64,000 nt of DNA from NCBI GenBank assembly GCA_963555995.3, contig OY821641.1:320001-384000 (forward strand). Reading direction: 5' to 3'. A program made the translations under genes and the position numbers. The DNA comes from Vicinamibacteria bacterium. Lineage in GTDB: Bacteria; Acidobacteriota; Vicinamibacteria; Marinacidobacterales; Marinacidobacteraceae. The notes under the pieces were generated by a model. That model worked only from the letters and a program-made list of their open reading frames with translations. It searched no databases and had not been told where the DNA came from. Shown here one piece after another: positions 49,254 through 58,948 of the stretch (position 1 is its first letter; each line of letters begins with the position of its first letter).

Positions 49254-50411
49254 TCAGATGACGTTCCGCTCCGGAGCGCCCTTCCCGCCGGTGAACCGCG
49301 CCACGGAGAACGCCTCGATCTCCACCGTCCTGGACTCCCCGTCGGCGATCACCTCGGAGATCGCCCGGCCGACCGCCGGGGCGTGCTGCATTCCGTGGCC
49401 CGAGAACCCGTTCGCCAGCACGAATCGGGGCAGTTCCGGGACCGGACCCAGGATCGCGTTGTGATCCGGGGAAACCTCGTAGAGGCCCGCGTTCAGCGTC
49501 TTCATCACCGTGTCCTCAACTCGCGGTAGCCGTCGGGTCGCGTCCTCCCACACCCCGGCCAGATAGTCGAGATCCGCGGTCTGCGAGAACCCCGGCGGCT
49601 CGTCGGGGTCCGAGTTCCCGATCAGCATCCCGCCGCTGTGGAGGTGCATGTATACCCCCGTACCCCAATCAATGGTCAGCGGCATCCGCTTCGGCCCCCA
49701 CGCCAGCGGCTCCGTCGTGAAGAACTGCCTCCGCACGGGCGAGACCGGCACGTCCACCCCGAGCAGCGCGCCCACCTGAGCGGCCCACGGCCCCGCCGCG
49801 TTCACGAGCCACGCGCACTCCCACCGCTCGCCGCCCGCCACGAACGAGAACCCGCCCCCGTCCGCTACCGCCGCCTCCGTCACCTCGCACCCGCGCCGCA
49901 ACTCCACACCCCCCCGCCGCGCGAGCGCCGCGTACCCCGCCACCAGCGCCGCCGGGGTCGCCACCCCGTCCTCCGCGCAGAACGTCGCCCCCACCAGGTC
50001 CCGGATCTCGATCCCCGGCAGGATGCGCCGCGCCTCCTCCGGCGTGATGACCTCCACCGGCGCGCCCAGCGCCCGCTGCACCTTCGCCGTCTCGGTGAAC
50101 CGCGCCAGGTCCGCTTCGGAGTCCAGCAGGAACAGGTACCCGTCCTGGGTGAAGTCGGCGTCCACCCCGGTCCGCTCCTTGAAGTTCCGGATCTCCTCGA
50201 TGGAATACCGCGAGAGCGCCACGTTCGCAGCGGTCGTGAACTGCAACCGCACCCCGCCGGCGGCCTTGGCGGTCGAACCCGTCCCCAGGGCGTCCTCGCG
50301 CTCGAAGACCACCACCCGGCCTACCTTCCGCTCCGCGAGATGGGCGGCGATGGAGGCGCCGATCACCCCGCCGCCGACGATGGCGACCTCGGCGAAGCGT
50401 TCCCCCGGCAT
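49254..50411 (-). CDS. FAD-dependent oxidoreductase (sarcosine oxidase beta/DAO family)
   Basis: IVGGGVIG, GSTAKAAGG, VNAAGPW, GFSGHG. Confidence 0.9.
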   Translation of the reverse strand: MPGERFAEVAIVGGGVIGASIAAHLAERKVGRVVVFEREDALGTGSTAKAAGGVRLQFTTAANVALSRYSIEEIRNFKERTGVDADFTQDGYLFLLDSEADLARFTETAKVQRALGAPVEVITPEEARRILPGIEIRDLVGATFCAEDGVATPAALVAGYAALARRGGVELRRGCEVTEAAVADGGGFSFVAGGERWECAWLVNAAGPWAAQVGALLGVDVPVSPVRRQFFTTEPLAWGPKRMPLTIDWGTGVYMHLHSGGMLIGNSDPDEPPGFSQTADLDYLAGVWEDATRRLPRVEDTVMKTLNAGLYEVSPDHNAILGPVPELPRFVLANGFSGHGMQHAPAVGRAISEVIADGESRTVEIEAFSVARFTGGKGAPERNVI

Positions 50412-50495
50412 CACGCCCCGCACCCCGAACGGTCTCGGACCGTTCTCTTTTCCGGCATCGGTTTCGGGGCTCGCACCCGATAAAATTACGCCCCC

Positions 50496-51800
<1,305 letters not shown>

Positions 51801-51830
51801 CGGGCTTCGGCCCGGGGACAGACCGTCAAG

Positions 51831-52031
51831 ATGAAGGAAATAGTGGCGGTCATTCTGAATGGGATGTCCCGGATTCCGTTGTCGCCGACGATCTTTGCGG
51901 ATGAGGTCAGGAGGTCCGATCGAGACGCCTTCCGAAAGGACCTGGAGAAGCTCGGTCGCGATTTCCGGGTAGCTATGGGGCACGAAGAGGACCGACAGCC
52001 AAAGGGTCGCGTCGTCCGGAACCCTCAGTAA
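51831..52031 (+). CDS. Small hypothetical protein
   Basis: 66-aa ORF with lower GC than its neighbours; no recognised motif. Confidence 0.4.
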   Translation: MKEIVAVILNGMSRIPLSPTIFADEVRRSDRDAFRKDLEKLGRDFRVAMGHEEDRQPKGRVVRNPQ

Positions 52032-52146
52032 GCCACCGAACCCGACCACAGCCGATACGGAGAGCGGCCGGTGCCGGCGGGCGGAAGGCCGGCGGTGGAG
52101 CCACACGGGCGAGCAGCGTTGCGCCCTCCGCTCGCCTCCGGCGCGC

Positions 52147-52180
52147 TGTGCCGACCGGAGGTCGGCGCTCCAAGCCGGCG
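52147..52180 (-). repeat. REP variant
   Basis: GTGCCGACCGGAGGTCGGCGCTCCAAGCC; same flanks as the main REP with a different hairpin. Confidence 0.7.
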
Positions 52181-52289
52181 CGCCGTGAAGGAGAACGGCC
52201 CGCTGGAGACGGGGACGTGACTTGCGCGAATCTGTTCGTACCCCACAATCGTTGGCGGTCGGCCCGAACACAACGATAACATTGTGTTA

Positions 52290-52733
52290 GTGATTACCAA
52301 CGAGAGGCAGTACAGGATTACGCGCAAGAGGGCGGTTGGCTTCGCCCGCGTGATCGAGCAGTTCGACACGGGGTCGGACGAGTGCACGGACTTGCATCCG
52401 CGGCTGCTGCGGGCCGAACTGGAAGGCATGAAGAGTCAATTGGCGGAGTTGCGCCAGGAACTTGAGGAGTACGAACAGTTGAAGTCGGCGGATCTGTCGG
52501 TGATTTCGGTGGCGTCGTTCGATGAACTTGCGGGCGGCCTGATCAAGGCCAGGATTGCGGCGGGTCTGAGCCAACGCGGGCTTGCAGAACGGCTGAATCT
52601 CAAGGAGCAGCAGATTCAGCGGTACGAAGCCGAGGGCTATGCGTCCGCCAGCTTTCGGCGACTGTGTGAGATCGCGCAGGCCTTGGGGATTCGGGTCGAA
52701 AACGAGATGCTCCTTCGCGTTGCGCCGGTGTGA
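52290..52733 (+). CDS. XRE-family HTH protein (HigA-like, orphan)
   Basis: ITNERQY, LIKARIAAGLSQRGLAERL..KEQQIQRYEA. Confidence 0.87.
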   Translation: MITNERQYRITRKRAVGFARVIEQFDTGSDECTDLHPRLLRAELEGMKSQLAELRQELEEYEQLKSADLSVISVASFDELAGGLIKARIAAGLSQRGLAERLNLKEQQIQRYEAEGYASASFRRLCEIAQALGIRVENEMLLRVAPV

Positions 52734-52883
52734 AGGCCCTTACCGGGAGGACTGGCCGGCGCTTCCGCGCGCCCGAAGCCGTTGTATCTGGCCTACTGGG
52801 AGCGGCCGGTTCCGGCGGGGTGAGGCGACCCGCCGCGCGGCGTGGGTTTGACGACGAGGCCACAAAGGGGCTGAATTCGCCGC

Positions 52884-53171
52884 GTGAAGACGGTGGGAGG
52901 ACGAACCCTCAGGAAACGGCTCAGCGAATACCTGCGTGCGGCCCAGGATGGCGAGTCCCTCGCGGTGACCCGGCGCGGTGTCGTCGTGGCCCGGTTGGGT
53001 CCTCCCGAAGCCGGTGGCGAGCGTCGGGAGGAAGCACTGCGACCTCAGGCCCGGGCGGGAGACGCCCGCTTGGGGAAGCCCAACCGGCCGGATCTGTATT
53101 CCCCGCCGCCGGGACTCGTGTCGAGCGAGGAGGTTCGGGCAGCGCTCGATTGGGTCCGAGGCGAAGGTTGA
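52884..53171 (+). CDS. Phd/YefM antitoxin (orphan; toxin lost)
   Basis: Paralogue of 34414..34707; followed only by the TTGA-coupled stub M-I-L-stop. Confidence 0.75.
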   Translation: MKTVGGRTLRKRLSEYLRAAQDGESLAVTRRGVVVARLGPPEAGGERREEALRPQARAGDARLGKPNRPDLYSPPPGLVSSEEVRAALDWVRGEG

Positions 53172-53196
53172 TCCTCTGAGGAGAGCGCTTCGCGGC

Positions 53197-53237
53197 CCTG
53201 CGGGCCGCGTGCCGGTCTGAAGACCGGCGCTCCCAGC
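53197..53237 (-). repeat. REP-like repeat
   Basis: GTGCCGGTCTGAAGACCGGCGCTCCCAG. Confidence 0.9.
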
Positions 53238-53371
53238 CTACGTGCTACCGGTCGGGGCCGGCGTCCCTTCGGCCTTCACGAATCTCCCGAGCCCGGCAGC
53301 ACCCCGCGGTGGAAGTCCTGGCACTCCCAGACCGCTACGACGGTCGCTCCAACTCGCGAACGCGCGCCGCC

Positions 53372-54148
53372 TTAGGTGGTCACGCCGTCCAGATCCACGA
53401 TGACGGGTGCGGCTTCGGTTCGGTGGTCTGTGTCCACCCACGCGTCGCGCAAGCAGTCCGCCAGAATCTGGCTGCCGAGAACCAGGTGAAGCCTCGAAGT
53501 GCCTTCCTCGGAGAACTGGAACCCGAAGTTGAAGCCGGCTTTGCCGTCGGGATGGGCTTGGCGGTAGAGGTCCACGAATCCGAGTTCGCAGAGCCGGGCC
53601 AATTCCTGCTGTTCCCGTTGGCTGTACGCGCTTCCCGGCTTGGGACGACGACCGTCCGGCAACACGTTGAAATCTCCACACAACAGGCTCGGCCGCTGGG
53701 CGTAGCCTTCCTTGCGAACGTGGGTCCGCAGGCACTCCAGCCAAGCCACCCGGGTGTTGATGGCCTTCTCGTTGGCGTCCTTGCGGGGGTTTCCGTACTT
53801 GGCCGGGTTTCCGTACGGGGCGTAGATGGACGAGAACCGTATCTGCCCGATGTCCACCGTGAGCAAGCGGGCCCCGTTTGCTTCCGGACAGGGCAGGCCG
53901 CGGAAGCGGACCACGGGCTTGGGTAACTCCCGCCGGCTTAGCACGGCAACGCCGTAGTCCGTCGGACAGGTCCGACCGAATGCAGCGCTGTGGTAGCCGG
54001 CTTCCTCCAGTGCCTTGGTCGGGAACGCGGTTTCGGGCACGGAGATCTTCTGGAGGGCCACGATGTCGGGCTTCCTGGCCGCGAGCCAGTCCAGGATCCT
54101 GGGAAGGCGCTTTCGGATGCTTCGGACGGATGACGTTGCGATTCGCAT
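53372..54148 (-). CDS. Exodeoxyribonuclease III-like protein with altered active-site residues
   Basis: MRIATSSVRSIR, PDIVALQK, GVAVLSR, SIYAP.G, CGDFN, GFVDLYR..HP. Confidence 0.8.
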   Translation of the reverse strand: MRIATSSVRSIRKRLPRILDWLAARKPDIVALQKISVPETAFPTKALEEAGYHSAAFGRTCPTDYGVAVLSRRELPKPVVRFRGLPCPEANGARLLTVDIGQIRFSSIYAPYGNPAKYGNPRKDANEKAINTRVAWLECLRTHVRKEGYAQRPSLLCGDFNVLPDGRRPKPGSAYSQREQQELARLCELGFVDLYRQAHPDGKAGFNFGFQFSEEGTSRLHLVLGSQILADCLRDAWVDTDHRTEAAPVIVDLDGVTT

Positions 54149-54231
54149 GGTTTCTTTTCGTCGGGACGCGAACCGTACTTGTGCAGGACGCCAAATGCTG
54201 TCAGGGTTTCAGCCGGACCCTGTCGGAGGTT

Positions 54232-54690
54232 GGCGTTCCAAGCCGTACCTCCCACCTGCGCTCTTGAACTCCACGTTGAGGTGGGAGCCGCCTTGTTCTG
54301 GTGGAGTTGCGACGTGCGCGGCGCGGAGCGCCGCGCGTGCCGGTCTGGAGACCGGCGTTCCAAGCCGTATGTGTCACCTGCGCTCTTGAGCTCCACGTTG
54401 AGGTAGGAGCTGGCTTGTTCGGGTGGGGTTGTGACGTGCGCGGTGCGGAGCGCCGCGCGTGCCGGTCTGGAGACCGGCGTTCCAAGCCGTACGGGCCACC
54501 GGCGCTCTTGGGTTCCGCGTCGGGGTGGGAGCTGGCTTGTTCGGGTGGGGTTGTGCCGTGCGCGGCGCGGAGCGCCGCGCGTGCCGGTCGGAGACCGGCG
54601 GTCCAAGCCGTTTCCGTGGTCTGGCTGGGTGGAGCGGGCGTCGCTGCGGGCCTGCGGCCCGCGTGCCGGTCTGAAGACCGGCGCTCCCGG
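54232..54690 (-). repeat. Tandem array of ~122-bp REP-containing units (BIME-like)
   Basis: GGCGTTCCAAGCCGT at 54232, 54354, 54476 and (variant) about 54597; inter-REP segments are similar to each other; terminal REP at about 54663-54688. Confidence 0.88.
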
Positions 54691-54693
54691 CCC

Positions 54694-55821
54694 TTAGGCG
54701 GCGACGGCGGTTTCGGTGTGGATGGTGGCGAGCAGGTCGCTGATGATGGTGAGGCTTTCGGTGACGACGGCGGGTTCGGCGCCGAAGCCGATGCGGAGGA
54801 AGCCGTCGAGCTCGAAGTGCTGGGCGGGGACCACCAGGAGGCTGCGCTCGATGCGGAGGCGTTCGATGAGGTCCTCGGAGCGGATGGGGTGGTGGTAGCG
54901 GACGGCGGCGATGGCGCCCGCGACCGGTGGGGTCCAGCTCAGGCGGACGGGGTGGTTCTCATGGGAGGCCACCCAGTCGGTCACCATCGGGAGCTGGCGG
55001 CGGATGATGCTGCGGGTGCGCTCCAGGATCTGCGGACGCTTGTCGAGGGCGATCTGGGCGAGGCGGTCGGACATCGCGCTGAGCGCGAGGCTGCTGTAGT
55101 CGCGGTGGCCCCAGAGTTCGGTGGCCTTCTCCTCGGTGGTCACCGTCCAGCCGACCCGGAGGCCGGGGAGGCCGAACGCCTTGGAGAGGCCGGCGTTCAG
55201 GAGGATGCGGTCCGTGCGGCCCCAGAAGGTCGGGCACTCCTCGCCGCTGAGTTCCGCGCCGCGATAGACCTCGTCGGCGAGGAGCCAGGCCCCCGACCGC
55301 TCGGCGGCGGCCACGATCCGGTCCATCTCGGGCTCGGTCAGCACGGCGCCGCTCGGGTTGTTGGGATTGCAGACGAGGATCATCTTGGTCCGGTCGCTGA
55401 CCGCGGCGTCGAGCGCGTCCAGATCGGGCCGCCAGCCGTTCTCCTCGACCAGGTGGAACGGGATGACCCGGGCGCCGAGCGAGCGGCAGGCCCCGATGAT
55501 CTGCATGTAGTTCGGGATCATCGCCACCACCTCGTCGCCGGGCGACAGGGTGGTCAGGGCGGAGAGGAAGTTGGCTTCGGCGGTGCCGGTGGTCACGAGG
55601 ATCTGGTCCACGTTCGATCCGGGGTAGAGCGCCGCGATCCGCTCGCGGAGCGGGATCGTGCCGTTGCTCTGGGTGTAGCCGAGCAGGGTGTCCCCGAGGT
55701 CGGCGCCGTCCGTCAGCTCGGCGAACGTCAGCGGGTGGACCCCGCTCTCCGAGATGTTCAGCCGGACGGTGTTCTCCCACCGGCAGAGGCATCGTTCCAT
55801 CACGAACGGTTCGAACTTCAT
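54694..55821 (-). CDS. Class I/II PLP-dependent aminotransferase
   Basis: CNPNNPSG, DEVY, GLSKAFGLPGLRVGW. Confidence 0.92.
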   Translation of the reverse strand: MKFEPFVMERCLCRWENTVRLNISESGVHPLTFAELTDGADLGDTLLGYTQSNGTIPLRERIAALYPGSNVDQILVTTGTAEANFLSALTTLSPGDEVVAMIPNYMQIIGACRSLGARVIPFHLVEENGWRPDLDALDAAVSDRTKMILVCNPNNPSGAVLTEPEMDRIVAAAERSGAWLLADEVYRGAELSGEECPTFWGRTDRILLNAGLSKAFGLPGLRVGWTVTTEEKATELWGHRDYSSLALSAMSDRLAQIALDKRPQILERTRSIIRRQLPMVTDWVASHENHPVRLSWTPPVAGAIAAVRYHHPIRSEDLIERLRIERSLLVVPAQHFELDGFLRIGFGAEPAVVTESLTIISDLLATIHTETAVAA

Positions 55822-55928
55822 GGCGTGCGGGCTCCTCTGGTTGTTTTTGCGGTGGGGGCTGTTTCGGAAGGGAATCTTACGGTCCGGAGCTTGGGCGTAG
55901 CATTGTGCGAACCCCGCCCGCTCTCTCG

Positions 55929-57110
55929 ATGCTCACCAGCCTGACGCTCCAACGCTTCCGAAGTTTTCGTGGCGCCCGATTGGATCTGGCCAATCCGACT
56001 TTCCTCGTAGGGCGTAACGGCTCCGGCAAGAGCAACCTCGCGGATGCGTTCGCCTTTCTGACCGAGGCGATGACTTCTCCGCTGGGCGCGATCCTGGATC
56101 GGCGCGGGGGGATGTCGGCGGTTGCGAACCGGCGTTCCGCGAGAGGCCGTCCCGCCAATCTGGGACTGCGGATCGCACTCGAAACGGACGAGATGAAGGC
56201 CACCTACGCTTTCGAGATTAGCGCCGCCCGCGATCACGGTGTGGCCGTCACGGGCGAACAGTGTCACGTGCAACCCGTGGAAGGTCCCGCGAGCTGGTTC
56301 GAACGGCGCGACGGAGACATCAACAGCAACGCTTCCGGGCTTCGACCGGCGGCGCAACCGGATGCGCTTGCCCTGCCCCTGGTGGGAGGCGACGCCCGCT
56401 TCGGGAAGGTTCGGGACTACCTGGCCGCCATCCGGATCTGCCGGATCGAGCCGTCGCGGCTGAGGGAATTGCAGGATCCGGACGGCGGAACCCGCCTGCG
56501 TCCCGCCGGTCAGAACTCCGCCAGCGTCCTGCGCGCGATCCAGCGCGAATCGGCGATGGATTGGGAAATGCTGCGAGAATTGCTTCAGAGCATCGCTCCG
56601 GGCGCCATCACGGTGCAGCCGAAGCGGCTGGGCGACAAGCTCACAATCGAGTTCGCCCAGGACTGGGGACAGGCGCACCCCGTCCGTTTCCCGGCGACCG
56701 GTATGTCCGATGGAACCCTTCGAGCGGTAGGCCTGCTGGCCGCCGTCTTTCAGCGGCCCCGGCCATCCATGCTCGTCGTCGAGGAACCGGAGGCCACGAT
56801 CCATCCCGGCGCCTTGGGAGCGGTTCTCGACCTCCTGCGGCTCGCGAGTCGGCGTATGCAGGTCGTCGTGACGACCCATAGTCCGGAGTTGCTGGACGCC
56901 AAGTGGATTCGCGACTGCCACCTCCGTATCGTCTCGTGGCAGCACGGACACAGCCAGGTCGCACAGGTCTCCGAATCGGTGAGGGAGACGTTCGCCGACC
57001 ACCTCATGGGCGCCGGCGAGATGCTGCGGATGAACGCGCTGACCCCCGAACCGGTTCTGGACGACGGTTTCCTGGGCCAGAGGCTTTTTGAAGAGCTTCA
57101 AAAACTCTAG
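55929..57110 (+). CDS. ABC-type (AAA_21) ATPase
   Basis: GRNGSGKSN, MSDGTLR, VEEPE..IHP, TTHSP. Confidence 0.88.
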   Translation: MLTSLTLQRFRSFRGARLDLANPTFLVGRNGSGKSNLADAFAFLTEAMTSPLGAILDRRGGMSAVANRRSARGRPANLGLRIALETDEMKATYAFEISAARDHGVAVTGEQCHVQPVEGPASWFERRDGDINSNASGLRPAAQPDALALPLVGGDARFGKVRDYLAAIRICRIEPSRLRELQDPDGGTRLRPAGQNSASVLRAIQRESAMDWEMLRELLQSIAPGAITVQPKRLGDKLTIEFAQDWGQAHPVRFPATGMSDGTLRAVGLLAAVFQRPRPSMLVVEEPEATIHPGALGAVLDLLRLASRRMQVVVTTHSPELLDAKWIRDCHLRIVSWQHGHSQVAQVSESVRETFADHLMGAGEMLRMNALTPEPVLDDGFLGQRLFEELQKL

Positions 57111-57113
57111 GGA

Positions 57114-57755
57114 TTGAAGATCCAGCCAGTCGTCGAAGGCCACGGCGATGCCGCAGCTCTACCGATTCTCCTCCGCCGTTGGGTGGATGCCGCCCGTTGC
57201 TGGGAGGTAGGTGTTGGCGCGCCGCTCAGGCTGCCCCGCACCCGGCTGATCCGACGGGACGGCCTCGAGAGAGCGGTTCGCACCGCGCTGCGGCAACCGG
57301 GATGCGGTTCCATCCTGATCCTGCTTGACGGTGACGACGACTGTCCTGCGGATCTGGGGCCCCGAATGCGGGAATGGGCGAGTGGGGAAGCGGGGGGCCT
57401 TCCCTGCGAGGTCGTTGTGGCGCACCGCGAATACGAGGCGTGGTTCCTTGCGAGCCTCGTTTCCTTGCGCGGGGCGTGCGGAATTGGCCATGGCGCGCCG
57501 CCCTTTCCGGACCCGGAGCGGCCCCGCGACGCGAAGAGGCGGCTGACGGAGCGGATGGTCTCGGGCCGCAGCTACTTGGAAACGACCGATCAGCCGGCCC
57601 TCAGCGTCCGGTTCTCGCTGGCCGCGGCGTACCAGCGCAGCCGCTCCTTTCGGAAAATGGCGCATTCGTTCGGCGCGCTGGTGCGGGGCATGGGAAGAGA
57701 CCTCGAACCGTGGCCGCCATCGTCCTGGGCAGCGCCGCCCGAGCCACCCGCCTAA
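57114..57755 (+). CDS. DUF4276-like TOPRIM-fold protein
   Basis: [29 protein letters not shown]. Confidence 0.8.
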   Translation: MKIQPVVEGHGDAAALPILLRRWVDAARCWEVGVGAPLRLPRTRLIRRDGLERAVRTALRQPGCGSILILLDGDDDCPADLGPRMREWASGEAGGLPCEVVVAHREYEAWFLASLVSLRGACGIGHGAPPFPDPERPRDAKRRLTERMVSGRSYLETTDQPALSVRFSLAAAYQRSRSFRKMAHSFGALVRGMGRDLEPWPPSSWAAPPEPPA

Positions 57756-57765
57756 CATTCCACCC

Positions 57766-58899
57766 ATGACGGAGCGGAATCCCACCCGGCGGGTGGCCAT
57801 CGGGAACGTCGCGGTGGGCGACGGGAACCCGATCGTGGTGCAGAGCATGTGCGCCACCCACACCCAGGACGTGGAGGCGACCGCCGCGCAGGCCGAGGCG
57901 CTCCGGGAAGCCGGGGCGGGGATCGTGCGGATCGCGGTGGACAGCCGGAAGGACGTCGAGGCGCTGGCCGAGATCCGGCAGCGGACCGCCGCGAACCTCG
58001 CGGTGGATCTCCAGGAGAGCTACCGGCTCGCCGAGACCGTCGCCCCGCACGTGGACAAGATCCGCTACAACCCGGGCCACCTCTGGCACCACGAGACCTC
58101 GCGGCCGGTGGCCGACAAGGTGAAGTACCTCGCCGGGGTCGCCGGGGAGCACGACTGCGCCATCCGCATCGGGGTGAACTGCGGCTCCATGGACCCCGCG
58201 CACCAGGACCGTTTCCACGACGACCCGGTGGGGGCGATGGTGCAGTCCGCCGCCGAGCACTGCGAGATGCTCGACCGGCTGGGGTTCACCCGCTACGTGG
58301 TGTCCCTCAAGGACTCGGACCCCGCGAACGTGATCGAGGGGAACCGCCGCTTCGCCGGCGAACGGCCCGACGTGCCGCTCCACCTCGGGGTCACCGAGGC
58401 CGGGATGCCGCCCGAGGGGGTCATCAAGACCCGAATCGCCTTCGAGCAGCTCGTCAGCCGGGGCATCGGGGACACCGTGCGGGTCTCGCTCACCCTGCCG
58501 AACCCGCGGAAGCCCGAGGAGGTGACGGCGGGCCACCAGATCCTCACCGACATCGCGAACGGCCGGTTCCGCTCGGTCCCCGAGTTCCCGAAGGACAAGC
58601 TGAACATCATCTCCTGCCCCTCCTGCTCGCGGGTCGAGAACGAGAAGTTCATCGAGCTCGCCGAGGACGTCCGGGAGATGACCCGCTACGCCGAGCGCCA
58701 CGCGATCACCATCGCGGTCATGGGCTGCCGGGTGAACGGCCCGGGCGAGACCGACGACGCCGACCTCGGGCTCTGGTGCGGCCCGGCGTTCGTGAACCTG
58801 AAGAAGGGGCCGGAGTCGCTCGGGGCCTATCCCTACGACCGGATCCTCGACCGGCTCAAGGTCGAGGTGGACCGCCTGATCGCCGACCGCGCGAACTGA
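57766..58899 (+). CDS. ispG: (E)-4-hydroxy-3-methylbut-2-enyl diphosphate synthase
   Basis: [43 protein letters not shown]. Confidence 0.95.
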   Translation: MTERNPTRRVAIGNVAVGDGNPIVVQSMCATHTQDVEATAAQAEALREAGAGIVRIAVDSRKDVEALAEIRQRTAANLAVDLQESYRLAETVAPHVDKIRYNPGHLWHHETSRPVADKVKYLAGVAGEHDCAIRIGVNCGSMDPAHQDRFHDDPVGAMVQSAAEHCEMLDRLGFTRYVVSLKDSDPANVIEGNRRFAGERPDVPLHLGVTEAGMPPEGVIKTRIAFEQLVSRGIGDTVRVSLTLPNPRKPEEVTAGHQILTDIANGRFRSVPEFPKDKLNIISCPSCSRVENEKFIELAEDVREMTRYAERHAITIAVMGCRVNGPGETDDADLGLWCGPAFVNLKKGPESLGAYPYDRILDRLKVEVDRLIADRAN

Positions 58900-58948
58900 C
58901 CGGGGCGCGTCCGGAACCGGGCGCCGGGGCTGCCGGAAGCCGCCCGGA

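Noticed and set aside
54232-54690. Possible CRISPR array
   Set aside because: The putative spacers are homologous to each other, the period is 122 bp, the repeat is dispersed across the window and no cas genes are present.
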